This document shows, piece after piece, positions 31,890 to 43,105 of a stretch of DNA of 64,000 bases. The stretch spans positions 2,723-66,722 of the forward strand of contig JACPPT010000006.1 in assembly GCA_016190815.1 (NCBI GenBank), given 5' to 3'. Source of the DNA: Chloroflexota bacterium (lineage in GTDB: Bacteria > Chloroflexota > Dehalococcoidia > JACPPT01). The notes under the pieces are model-generated. The model saw only the letters and a list, made by a program, of their open reading frames with translations. It ran no database searches and was not told where the DNA came from. Both the position numbers and the translations under genes were made by a program. The number at the start of each line of letters is the position of its first letter. Position 1 is the stretch's first letter.

Positions 31890-32035
31890 TATCCCCTGTT
31901 CAACAGCAGGAGAAGGGGAAATGTGTTTTTAAGAGGGCAGGGGGCAAAGCCCCCTTCCCTCTTTCTATTCTCTCCCCCCTCTCCTTGCCAAGGAGAGGGG
32001 GGAGGGGGTGAGGTCTTCAATGCCAAAGGAATGTG
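31890..32035. repeat. Cluster of G/C-tract palindromes (CCCCCTCT..AGAGGGGG type) in a 340-nt leader, same style as 1480-1720
   Basis: Includes gggggcaaagccccc and ccccctctccttg/ccaaggagaggggg. Similar to ccccctctta/taagaggggg near 1490. Confidence 0.5.
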
Positions 32036-32151
32036 AAGGGGAAAACTCTCATAACCCCATGCTAGTGATATGTCCTGCATCCTCGCCATGACACCCCTCT
32101 TCGTCAGATAATCCACGGATTAAGGCTAACGTACCCGCTTGACTTTGTACC

Positions 32152-32832
32152 ATGCCGGTGGAAGACTATTGGCTGTTGCTGATCGACATTCACACCCATA
32201 CTTGGCCCCTCTCCAGTGATAGCCTTCTAACGCCGGAAGAACTGATCGCCCGTGCCAAGGCCTCAGGTCTGGATGGCATATGTCTAACTGACCATGACCA
32301 GTTCTGGGACAAAAATGCCCTGGCCGCCCTCACCGCCAAATATGATTTTCTGGTTCTGCCTGGGGTTGAACTGACTACAGAGGAGGGGCACCTCTTGGTT
32401 TTCGGTCTTGAAAAATACGTCTTTGGAATGCACAAAGCCTCTTTTGTAAGAGAAGTCGTTGACGCAGTCGGGGGAGCTATAGTTGTAGCTCACCCCTATA
32501 GAAAAGAGCTTGCTGAGACTGACAGCGCTTCACCTGAGGGCTTTCGCCAGGCCATGTCCCGAGCCTGTGCTAGCCCTATCTATCAGATGGCCGAGGCCGT
32601 GGAGGTTCTCAATGGGAGAGGCTCAGCCAAAGAGAACGCCTTCTCCCTTGAGGTCTGCCAGAACCTAAAAAAGAAAGGCACTGCGTCAAGCGACGCCCAC
32701 GCCCCGTCTGACCTGGGTATTTGTGCCACATATTTTGAAAGGAAAATACAGAGCCTACAGGAACTCATACAGGAATTAAAAGCCGGAAGGTTTTATCCCT
32801 TCGACCTTAGAAGCAAAATACCATCTCTCTAG
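32152..32832 (+). CDS. PHP-domain metal-dependent phosphoesterase
   Basis: IDIHTHT..HP motifs of the PHP family. Confidence 0.7.
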   Translation: MPVEDYWLLLIDIHTHTWPLSSDSLLTPEELIARAKASGLDGICLTDHDQFWDKNALAALTAKYDFLVLPGVELTTEEGHLLVFGLEKYVFGMHKASFVREVVDAVGGAIVVAHPYRKELAETDSASPEGFRQAMSRACASPIYQMAEAVEVLNGRGSAKENAFSLEVCQNLKKKGTASSDAHAPSDLGICATYFERKIQSLQELIQELKAGRFYPFDLRSKIPSL

Positions 32833-33044
32833 CCGCTCTTTCTCTTCCTGGTCCCCCTTCTCGTGGGAACGGTTGGAGCCTTTGAGGCCTGAGGCTCCCG
32901 AGGCAACTGTGCTATCTGCGTTGCTTCGCGCTCGGCGATTATGTGCTCAGCTTTGAAATAATGTTCCACGTCTTTGCCTCGTGGGCGTCCTTCATTCTCC
33001 CAGATAAAGTATGCAACCTTCTTTGTCTCCTCTTCTTTATTCAT
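32829..33044 (-). CDS. DUF2934-family small protein
   Basis: 71 aa with the pattern AYFIWE..GRP.G.D.EHYF.AE. Confidence 0.5.
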   Translation of the reverse strand: MNKEEETKKVAYFIWENEGRPRGKDVEHYFKAEHIIAEREATQIAQLPREPQASKAPTVPTRRGTRKRKSG

Positions 33045-33066
33045 CGCAGCTCTCCTTTGCTACTGT

Positions 33067-34065
33067 TCAGCTACATAATTTAGCAACCAAAATGTCGAGG
33101 GCAAGCTCGTCTCTAAGCTGTCCCGTTTTCATCGACAGGTCTGCCTCAAGGAGCTGGGCATAGGTCTTTCTCAGGCGCTCCATAGAGTATTCTCCTGCCC
33201 TGGCAAGGGTCTTCTTTAAAACGAAGCTCTGGGTCAGTCCCAGCCTCCCTGATATGTCCTGGGAGGATGCCTTCCTGTAAACCATCTCCTTGCACTGAAT
33301 AAGCATCCGAAACTGGCGTGTAAGCATGGCCAAAATATAAGGAGCAACCGCACCTTCGTCCATCAGTTTATGAAGGATGCGCGTAGCCTTAGGAAGATTG
33401 CGAGCTGCCGCTGCGTCCACCAGGGCAAATATGTTCCCCTCTTGAGCGTCAGCCACAAGAAGCTCCACATCCTTTTCCTCAATGCGCCTCCCCTGAACGT
33501 AGAGGCACAGCTTTTCTATCTCGTTGTTCATGGCCCAGAGATTCCCGCCCACAAGGTTGGCCAGCGTCTGCGTTGCCTGGGTTGATATAGAGCACCCTTT
33601 TGCACCCATCCTCGACCTGATCCACCCGATCAATTCCACCCCTTTGAGGACGGGAAATTCCTGCACGTTGGCCAGAGGATATAGCTCCCGAAGAAGGGGG
33701 TTAGCCTTGTTCAGTCGCCCCCCTACAAGCACCAGCACCGTGGTAGAAGGCATACGCTGCACATAGTCTTTGAGAGCGCGCCACTCCTCAAGCCCCTTTT
33801 TTCGGGATACAGTGCGCGCCGCTGGAAGATGCTCCTCCCTCTTCTCCTCCCAGCGCTCCAGAAGCCCTTGAACAATGACAAGTCTCTTTTCAGAGAGAAA
33901 CGGCGCTGTATCGCAAACAGAGATTAGTTGGGCAGGTACAAGCTCACGCCCATCTAGCAACAGTGTGTTGGAATCTAGCATCTCCCTTGACCCCAGGCTG
34001 TCCTTGATGCCGTCCAGGGCCACCTTCAGGGAGAATTCGTCCTCTCCGTAAAGAATATAAAACAT
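33067..34065 (-). CDS. holA: DNA polymerase III delta subunit
   Basis: 332 aa, begins MFYILYGEDEFS, with the delta-subunit clamp-loader fold pattern. Confidence 0.8.
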   Translation of the reverse strand: MFYILYGEDEFSLKVALDGIKDSLGSREMLDSNTLLLDGRELVPAQLISVCDTAPFLSEKRLVIVQGLLERWEEKREEHLPAARTVSRKKGLEEWRALKDYVQRMPSTTVLVLVGGRLNKANPLLRELYPLANVQEFPVLKGVELIGWIRSRMGAKGCSISTQATQTLANLVGGNLWAMNNEIEKLCLYVQGRRIEEKDVELLVADAQEGNIFALVDAAAARNLPKATRILHKLMDEGAVAPYILAMLTRQFRMLIQCKEMVYRKASSQDISGRLGLTQSFVLKKTLARAGEYSMERLRKTYAQLLEADLSMKTGQLRDELALDILVAKLCS

Positions 34066-34161
34066 CTCAACTCTTACATCATAAATTTTATCACAGTCCT
34101 AACCCCAACACATTGTTGACACTTGAAGATTCAAGACTTAGAATCGCCTTGGGGGTGAGCG

Positions 34162-35262
34162 GTGGAGATAGGAATAATTGGATTACCTAAAAGCGGCAAA
34201 ACCACCATATTCAATGCCCTCACCAGAGGTAAGGCTGAAACCCAAGCACACCTCTCGGCAGCGGAAAAGCCCAACATAGGTATAGCCAAGGTACCGGACC
34301 CACGCCTCAAAACCCTCGAAGATATTTTCAAACCCAAGAAGACCATTCCAGCCGAGGTCAAATACGTAGACATACCCGGGGCACCGGGCAGTTTAGGTAA
34401 AGGGGAAGGCATCGGTGGAAAGTTTCTCATAACCCTCAGCACGGCAGATGCCCTCCTCCACGTTGTCAGGGCTTTCGAGGACCCCAGAGTCCCCCACATA
34501 GAGGGCAACGTAGACCCACACAGAGATATGGCCACGATGAACCTCGAGCTTGCCTTTGCTGACCTGGCACTTCTGGAGAAACGTCTGCTTCGCCTAAGTG
34601 AGTCCCTCAAGGGTGCTAAGGCCTTAGAAAAGGATGCGATCCATAAAGAACAGGCGCTTCTTGCCAGGATAAAGGAAAACCTGGAGCAAGAAAAACCAGT
34701 GAGAGAGCAAGATTTCACGGAAGATGAGAGCAAGCTTATCCAGAACTATCAGTTCCTCACCGCCAAGCCTCTGTTGCCGGTGCTGAACATTGGAGAGGAG
34801 AATGTCGAGAGAATCCCCTCCCTGGATGCTGAATTTGCTTCTCGCTACTCTCGACCTCATGTAAAAACAGCAGTCCTCTGTGGCAAGCTGGAGATGGAGT
34901 TGACAGAGCTGCCAGATGCTGAGGCTCAGGAGTTTCGTACGTCTATGGGACTGAAGGAATCAGGCCTCAATCTCATGATTCGCCTATCCTATGATCTCCT
35001 CGGGCTTATCTCCTTCTTCACTGTGGTTTCAGGAGAGGCAAGAGCCTGGACCATTCGCCGAGGGGAACCAGCACAGAAGGCGGCTGGTAAAGTTCACAGC
35101 GATATGGAAAGGGGGTTCATAAGGGCAGAGGTCGTGGGTTATAACGACCTGGTTAAATGCGGGAGCATTGCCGAGGCGCGCCGCCACGGCCTTCTGAGGC
35201 CAGAGGGCAAGGGCTACATCGTCCAGGATGGCGACATAATTACGTTTCTCTTCAACGTATAA
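34162..35262 (+). CDS. ychF: Ribosome-binding ATPase YchF (Obg-family GTPase-like)
   Basis: GLPKSGKTT P-loop, TGS C-terminal domain, GTG start. Confidence 0.9.
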   Translation: MEIGIIGLPKSGKTTIFNALTRGKAETQAHLSAAEKPNIGIAKVPDPRLKTLEDIFKPKKTIPAEVKYVDIPGAPGSLGKGEGIGGKFLITLSTADALLHVVRAFEDPRVPHIEGNVDPHRDMATMNLELAFADLALLEKRLLRLSESLKGAKALEKDAIHKEQALLARIKENLEQEKPVREQDFTEDESKLIQNYQFLTAKPLLPVLNIGEENVERIPSLDAEFASRYSRPHVKTAVLCGKLEMELTELPDAEAQEFRTSMGLKESGLNLMIRLSYDLLGLISFFTVVSGEARAWTIRRGEPAQKAAGKVHSDMERGFIRAEVVGYNDLVKCGSIAEARRHGLLRPEGKGYIVQDGDIITFLFNV

Positions 35263-35340
35263 GGCAGTATTATGATACAATTGGGCATTAGTTAGAGCTT
35301 AAAAGCTACCGACACTCAAGGAAAGGGGGTAATTATAGAA

Positions 35341-35751
35341 ATGCTTGAGGACTTGTTGGGAGGATTTGATAGTTGGGCTCCCCTGGCGCTGAGAATAGCA
35401 GTGGGTGTGATATTCATAGCCCACGGCTGGCCCAAGCTGAAAGCGCCCAAACAAACAGCCCAGTTCGTCGGAAGCATAGGGCTGCGCCCAGCCCTCTTCT
35501 GGGCAATGGTAGTTGGGCTGGTGGAGTTCCTTGGAGGACTCGGGCTTGTTGTGGGACTTCTTACCCGCTGGGCTGCACTTTTCCTCGCCATTAACATGAT
35601 AGGAGCCATAGTAACAGTCAAGTGGAAGAAGGGGCTTGTGAACGGCTATGAACTAGACCTGGCGCTCCTTGCAGCCAGTATTGCCCTTATGCTCACCGGA
35701 GGCGGTAGCTTTTCCGTGGACGCGAACATCCTGAGCGACATCAAGTTCTAG
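35341..35751 (+). CDS. DoxX-family membrane protein
   Basis: 136 aa, 4 TM, DoxX pattern. Confidence 0.7.
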   Translation: MLEDLLGGFDSWAPLALRIAVGVIFIAHGWPKLKAPKQTAQFVGSIGLRPALFWAMVVGLVEFLGGLGLVVGLLTRWAALFLAINMIGAIVTVKWKKGLVNGYELDLALLAASIALMLTGGGSFSVDANILSDIKF

Positions 35752-35773
35752 CCCTGTCCTGGGGAAGAAACCT

Positions 35774-35940
35774 AGCTTTGCACATAAAGCCCCTTAGAAA
35801 GGCTGTTGTCACCCTGAGCCCTTCGGCCCCGAGTGGGCCTCGAGAGCCTGCCCTGAATATAATGAAGGGGCAGGCTCCGCAAGGGTCTGCTTCTTAGCTA
35901 GATTCTTCGCTGCGCTCAGAATGACTTTTTGTGCAAGGCG
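35774..35940. mobile_element. MITE-like element, family B, copy 2 (about 167 bp), flanked by a perfect 10-bp target-site duplication gaagaaacct. It is inserted into the 3' end of hemW.
   Basis: Direct repeat at 35764-35773 and 35941-35950. Terminal inverted repeats cttTGCACAtAAAG / CTTTtTGTGCAagg. Internal 9-bp hairpin agcctgccc/gggcaggct. Homologous to copy 1 at 5054-5170. Confidence 0.7.
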
Positions 35941-37141
35941 GAAGAAACCTCACAAACACCTCATTGCCCAGGAGTCGGCCTCTCTGGGTGAGGTATAGGT
36001 ATCCGTTTGCCTGTGCCAGGAGCCCCAGAACCTTGAATTCCCCTATCTGCGTTTCGTAGATGGATGTGACCTCTTTCCCAAAGCGCTGGGCAAAAGCTGC
36101 CAGTTCCACGCCTCTAACAAGCCTCAGGCCGAGAATCATCGTCTCCGCCATCTCCAGCGATTCATCTATATTTTCCGAATCCCTTACTGGGCCAAGCTTT
36201 CGAATAGTTTCCGCAGAAAGAGCACCCTGTATACCCTGGGTAGCTTCCCGTGCCAGATCGCCTGTTTTTTCAATATATGTCCTGGGTCTCAGAACGTTGG
36301 AGAAACGAAAGCGACCCAAAAAGGAGTGGGCACCTGCACCCAGACCGAGATAGGGTCTGTTCAGCCAGTATGTCATATTGTGAAGGCACTCCTTTTGAGG
36401 TTTTGCCCAGTTTGAGATTTCGTAGTGGGTGTAGCCGGCCTTTCCCAGCATTTCCTCAGCCATTACGTACATGTCAGCCGCCAGGTCCTGATCAGGCTCC
36501 GCCACAGAGCCAGAGCGCACCTCTTTCCACATGGGGGTGTCTTCTTCAATCTGAAGGGCATACAGAGACAAATGCTCCGTCTCCAGAACCAGGGACTGCT
36601 TCAGGGTTGCCTCCCACTCGCCGAGGGTCTGGCCTGGCAAACCGTAGATCAAGTCCAAATTTGTGTTGATAAAGCCGGCCCTTCTGGCAAGGCGGCAGGC
36701 ATCTATCGCTTCTTGTGAGGTGTGTCGGCGACCGAGGGCCTTTAAATGGCCGTCATTGAAAATCTGGACACCGATGCTCAGCCGATTCACACCCAGGGAA
36801 AGCAATCCCCTTAGAAACCCAAAGCTCAGGTCGCCGGGGTTGGACTCGATGGTTATCTCAGCATCTGGCGAGACGTTCATGAACCTACGGCATTGTCCCA
36901 GCACACGCCCGACATCGCCAAGAGACAAAAGGGATGGCGTTCCACCGCCAAAGAAGATGGTCCTGACATCGGCCCGGCCTTTCAGGGCTTGGCCCCAGAG
37001 ACCTATCTCCTCCTCCAAAGCATCTACGTATTGGGGAATCAACCCCTCAAGGCCTGCGTAGGTATTGAAGTGGCAATAGTTGCACCTGGAGGCACAGAAC
37101 GGGATATGCAAATAAAGGCCCAGGTTTTCTCTAAAGGTCAT
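35894..37141 (-). CDS. hemW: Radical SAM heme chaperone HemW (coproporphyrinogen III oxidase-like); the C-terminal 16 aa are read from the inserted MITE
   Basis: CASRCNYCHF radical-SAM motif and HemN-like C-terminal domain. The stop codon lies inside repeat element B. Confidence 0.8.
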   Translation of the reverse strand: MTFRENLGLYLHIPFCASRCNYCHFNTYAGLEGLIPQYVDALEEEIGLWGQALKGRADVRTIFFGGGTPSLLSLGDVGRVLGQCRRFMNVSPDAEITIESNPGDLSFGFLRGLLSLGVNRLSIGVQIFNDGHLKALGRRHTSQEAIDACRLARRAGFINTNLDLIYGLPGQTLGEWEATLKQSLVLETEHLSLYALQIEEDTPMWKEVRSGSVAEPDQDLAADMYVMAEEMLGKAGYTHYEISNWAKPQKECLHNMTYWLNRPYLGLGAGAHSFLGRFRFSNVLRPRTYIEKTGDLAREATQGIQGALSAETIRKLGPVRDSENIDESLEMAETMILGLRLVRGVELAAFAQRFGKEVTSIYETQIGEFKVLGLLAQANGYLYLTQRGRLLGNEVFVRFLPPCTKSHSERSEESS

Positions 37142-37194
37142 CTCAGGGAAAGAATATCACCAACGGAAGCTCTCCTCAATGGCCCACGCAAGAG

Positions 37195-37290
37195 ATCGTT
37201 TATAGACCCGTTCGCCCTGAGCTTTGTCGAAGGGCCGTTCATGGTTCGACAAGCTCACCACGAACGGCTAGACAGTTTTTAAACGCTCTC
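37195..37290. mobile_element. MITE-like element, family A, copy 2
   Basis: About 93% identical to 18955-19052 over about 96 bp. It lies in the divergent hemW/selB intergenic region. Confidence 0.6.
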
Positions 37291-37374
37291 TATGCAAGCC
37301 TCAGCTACAAGATACCCCGGAAATGGATTGCGTGCGTAGCTGGCATTATGTTATATTTGAACCACCGAGGTATT

Positions 37375-39233
<1,859 letters not shown>

Positions 39234-39237
<4 letters not shown>

Positions 39238-41258
39238 AAAGTGAAAACGCAGGAGCAACCAGTGAAGAAATGCCCTACAAGCTAAGCAACAAGGTGCACG
39301 CCTGGATAATCCTGGGCATGATGGTGGTGGGCGCCGCCTTCTACTACCACAACTTTATTCCCGGCTTCCACCAAGTTGTCGAGCAGTTACCCATAATCAG
39401 ATACCGCGATTTCCTGCGTGTCTTGAATCTTGTCCCAATAATCTATGTCACCTATATCTTTGGATTCAGAGGAGGCCTTTTAATCACTGTCATCACTACA
39501 CTTTCTGTCCTGCCAGATGCCGTTCTAGAAGCCCTAGAGGGGCTTGGCGAGCATGCTATCGCTGAAGTCCTGGGAGTTGCAGCCCTCGGACTGGGTATAA
39601 CCTGGCTGGTGGACAGGCTTCAAACCAGTCGCAAACGACTGGAGGAAACGCAGCAGGAGTTGGAAACAGCGCTGGAGAATCTTCGTCACCACGCTCACCA
39701 GCTTGAGGCTGAGAAAAGACGCCTGGAGGCGATTCATATAGTCAACTACACCGTAACCCAGTATTTGGAAACAGAAAAGGTCCTGAACTATGCCCTGGAT
39801 AAGACGCTTGAGACAACAGGCCTTGAGCTTGGAGCCATCTTTTTGCTGGAGGATAAAACAAGGCTTGCCCTGAAGGCACACAGGGGCTTTTCACCCCAGC
39901 TTGCCGCCGAAATGCAACTAGTATCCCTTGGCCAGAGCTTCTCGCGCGGGGTTGTTCAGTCTGGGGAGCCTCTGGTTATTCCAGATTACACAGCCGCAGA
40001 AGGGGGCATCCCCATTTTAAAAAAGGAAGGCGTGAGATTTACCTCCATAGTGCCAATAAGGGCCGCGGGTACGATCATCGGCGTCTTCTGTGTTGGCACA
40101 AGAAGCACACAAAAACTAGAGCCGCAAGATGTATCCATGATGGAGACCATAGCCCTGGATATTGGAACTACCGTAAAGAACAGTCTCCTCTATGCTCAGC
40201 TTCAAGAGCATGAGGAGGAGCACAGGACACTCATTGAGGAGGCAGGAGATGCCATATTCATCCTGGAGCCTTCCACCGGCCATGTCCTGGACGCCAATTC
40301 CAAAGCTGCAGAATTGACAGGCTACGAAAAGGCAGAGCTCTGTGAAAAGACCATACTGGAACTTGCCCACCCTGAAGGGCGTGAAAAGGCCAGCCTTGCC
40401 TTTGAAGAGGCCGTCCAGAAAGGGCACGGGGTTTTCCCAGACATACCTGGGCTGCGAAAAAACGGCAGCCGCGTCGATGTGGAGGTGGTAGCCAGGACTA
40501 TCTCGCTACGGGGGCGGACGGTGATTATGGCCATCGTCAGGGATATAAGCCTCCGTAAGCAGATGGAGGACACCATCCATCGTCTGGCAGAGAATGAAAG
40601 GATTGCAAAAGAAACTGCCCTGAACCTGGTGCGGCACACCAACGAGGAGAAGAACAGGCTACAGGATACGATCCTTGAAAAGCTTACGGATATGGTTTCT
40701 TATTGGGAAGCACGCATGCCCGCTACAGTTGGACATTCGGAAAAGGTGCGCCGCTACGCCAAATCCATCGCCAGAAGCATGAACCTCTCTGAGAATGAGA
40801 TTGCTGTCATAGAAAGGGCGGCCCGCCTCCACGCGCTGGGGCTTTACGCCCTCCAGGATCCCTCTTTTCACCTCACCTCACCCATGTCCTGGCCTCCATC
40901 CCCTGCCGATGAGCGCAACATCAAGCTCGTCCTTGAGCGAACCCTGGACGTCATAGATCCCCTGGGCTTTCTAGGCAAAGAGGCTGCGATAATCCGTGCT
41001 ATGGTCGAGACCTATGATGGCCGCGGCCTTCCTGAGAGGCTCAGAGGCGAAAACATCCCCCTGGGGGCACGCATTTTCGCCATCGCCCACGCCTTTGATA
41101 TACTCACAAGAGAAGGCCTTGCGAAAAGGGTGCTAAGCCCCTCTGAGGCGCTGATGGAAATGGGGAAGCATGCAGGAACCCTTTTCGACCCCAAAGTGCT
41201 GGATGCCCTGGAGGTGACATACGAATCAGCTCAAGCTGAAATCGACGAGGGAATATGA
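39234..41258 (+). CDS. Membrane-anchored sensor protein with GAF and PAS domains and a C-terminal HD-GYP-type phosphohydrolase domain (degenerate GYP = GLP)
   Basis: N-terminal TM helices and a coiled coil. GAF and PAS blocks. HD motif HSEKVRRYA..H and YDGRGLPERLRGENIPLGARIFAIAHAFD. ATGA overlap with selB. Confidence 0.65.
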
Positions 41259-42466
41259 GCCTTGACCTCTCCAAGATAATCAGCCAGGTCGAAGGGCTGG
41301 CAGCCAAACTCCAAAGGGATGCATCCCTCCGGGAGGAGCGATTGGCTCTGGCCATCAGAACGCTGAGCTCTACCGACCTCGAAAGTCTCAGGGCCAAGGC
41401 CAAAGCGAGCGAGGGAAAAGTCACCTGGCTTGTTGCGGGATTGGGGGATGGCCTCGACCTGCACTTTTCGCCTCAAGAGCTGCCAACAAACTACAGTGTC
41501 GTTGCAACCGACGGCTCCCACATTGATGTAGATAGGCACATGCCGCCCCCCTGCTATGTAATCAACATCGGGGGTGTAGTGTTAAGGTACGGGGAATCTC
41601 CAGCCTGCCATCTCTTGAGCGAGCCGACCCTCTATGCTCAGGAAAATGACCTTTTTCTCAAAGACCCCAGAAGCAACCACACACAGGCCATCGAAGGCGC
41701 TCTTCTGGGGATCAAGCGCACAGTCAAAGAGTGCGAGATGCTGGGGGAGTTGCTCAAAGAAGCACCCCATGATTTACCAACCCTGGCCCTCCTGGACGGC
41801 TCCCTGATTCTCTGGGGTTTGAGCGGGAAAGAATACCAGGATTTTGTGAAGCAAGAGTTTTTGGAAAAAGGCTTGCTCAAGGCAATGGAGGCCATTAAGG
41901 AAACAGACCATGCACACGGGCTTGCCCTCGCCAGCTACATAAGCTTCCCCCGCAACACAGACGTGGTCAACTGTCTCAGGCTTTCCCTTTGCCCGTACGA
42001 GCCGGTTGCCGACTGCGACCGCTTCTGTGGTGAGAAGGCCCATGGGCAGAGAGAATGCGACGGCGTCTCCGGGCTTACCGATAGAGACATCCTCCAGGAG
42101 ATTCTAAAGGCGGGCGAACGCTCTGCTGTCTTTGCAAACCAGTCTTCGATAGTCCGCGAGCACTACGGAGACAATTGGATTCACTTTTTCTATCTCAACG
42201 TGGGCGATGAACTGGCCAGGGTAGAGTTCCCAGGGTGGGTGGAGGAAAGACCCGAATTGGTGGAACTCCTGCACAGCCTCACGCTGGAGCAGTGCCACAA
42301 GGGGCAGGGATATCCGGTTAGCCTGATGGAGGCACACGAGAAAGCAGTCATAAGCACGCAGGACCGTGCTCTATTCACCCAAATGCTGGAGCATGCCCTT
42401 GCGGGCAGGCGCATTCCTGCGGTAACATCAGCCAAGAGCAACTCCAAACGGATTAGATGGACGTAG
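41255..42466 (+). CDS. NurA-like nuclease (RNase-H-fold 5'-3' DNA nuclease partner of HerA)
   Basis: 403 aa with the VVATDGSHID motif characteristic of the NurA domain and a second LLDGSL block. It is translationally coupled to the flanking genes and sits adjacent to herA. Confidence 0.5.
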   Translation: MSLDLSKIISQVEGLAAKLQRDASLREERLALAIRTLSSTDLESLRAKAKASEGKVTWLVAGLGDGLDLHFSPQELPTNYSVVATDGSHIDVDRHMPPPCYVINIGGVVLRYGESPACHLLSEPTLYAQENDLFLKDPRSNHTQAIEGALLGIKRTVKECEMLGELLKEAPHDLPTLALLDGSLILWGLSGKEYQDFVKQEFLEKGLLKAMEAIKETDHAHGLALASYISFPRNTDVVNCLRLSLCPYEPVADCDRFCGEKAHGQRECDGVSGLTDRDILQEILKAGERSAVFANQSSIVREHYGDNWIHFFYLNVGDELARVEFPGWVEERPELVELLHSLTLEQCHKGQGYPVSLMEAHEKAVISTQDRALFTQMLEHALAGRRIPAVTSAKSNSKRIRWT

Positions 42467-42520
42467 AGAAGGTATGCAAGTCTAAAGGGAACCCGGAGGG
42501 ATTCGCCCTCTGGCAGGAGG

Positions 42521-43105
42521 TGAAGCATAAGAGTCGGAGAGGTCATAGAAGCCAGCACGCTGGAGTTTCTGGCCCAGTGCTATGAACTTCACTCCGCACC
42601 TCCCCTGGGCGCCCTTGTGAAGACGGGCGAAGGGGAACTGGACATCCTAGCCATCGTGCACAACGCCTCTACCAGAAGCATAGACCCGACGCGAAGGCCG
42701 ATTGCCCGCGGCGAAGGGGAACTGTCAGAAGAAGATGTTTTTGCCAGGAACCCCCAGCTTGAGAAGCTCCTGCGTACTGAGTTTCAGGCCCTGGTGGTGG
42801 GCTATGTGAGGGACGGCGCTCATCGCTTTTACCTGCCCCCGAGGCCAGCACGACTTCATGCCTTTGTCTACCTTTGCGAGCCAGAAGAGATCCAGGAGTT
42901 CAGCCGCTCCCTGGACTTCCTGAGCATCCTTACCACCTCCAGGATTGCTTCAGGAGACGAGCTTGTGAGCGCCTGCTTACGGCTGGCAAGCGAAGCCCAG
43001 CCAGATAAAGAGGCTTTTCTGGTGACGGCGGGAAAGGAGCTTTCCCTTCTCCTGGGCCGAGAGCCTCAGAGGCTGAATGCCATTCTGCGGAGACTCAGGA
43101 CATGA
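42521..43105 (+). CDS. Hypothetical protein between the NurA-like and HerA genes (GTG start; the ORF track starts at 42617)
   Basis: The open frame runs from GTG 42521. There is an ATGA overlap with herA at 43102. No recognisable motifs. Confidence 0.4.

Noticed and set aside
39238-39300. SECIS element or selenoprotein gene next to selB
   Set aside because: No in-frame TGA-containing conserved ORF with a downstream hairpin was recognised in the window. The selA, selD and selC genes are not here.
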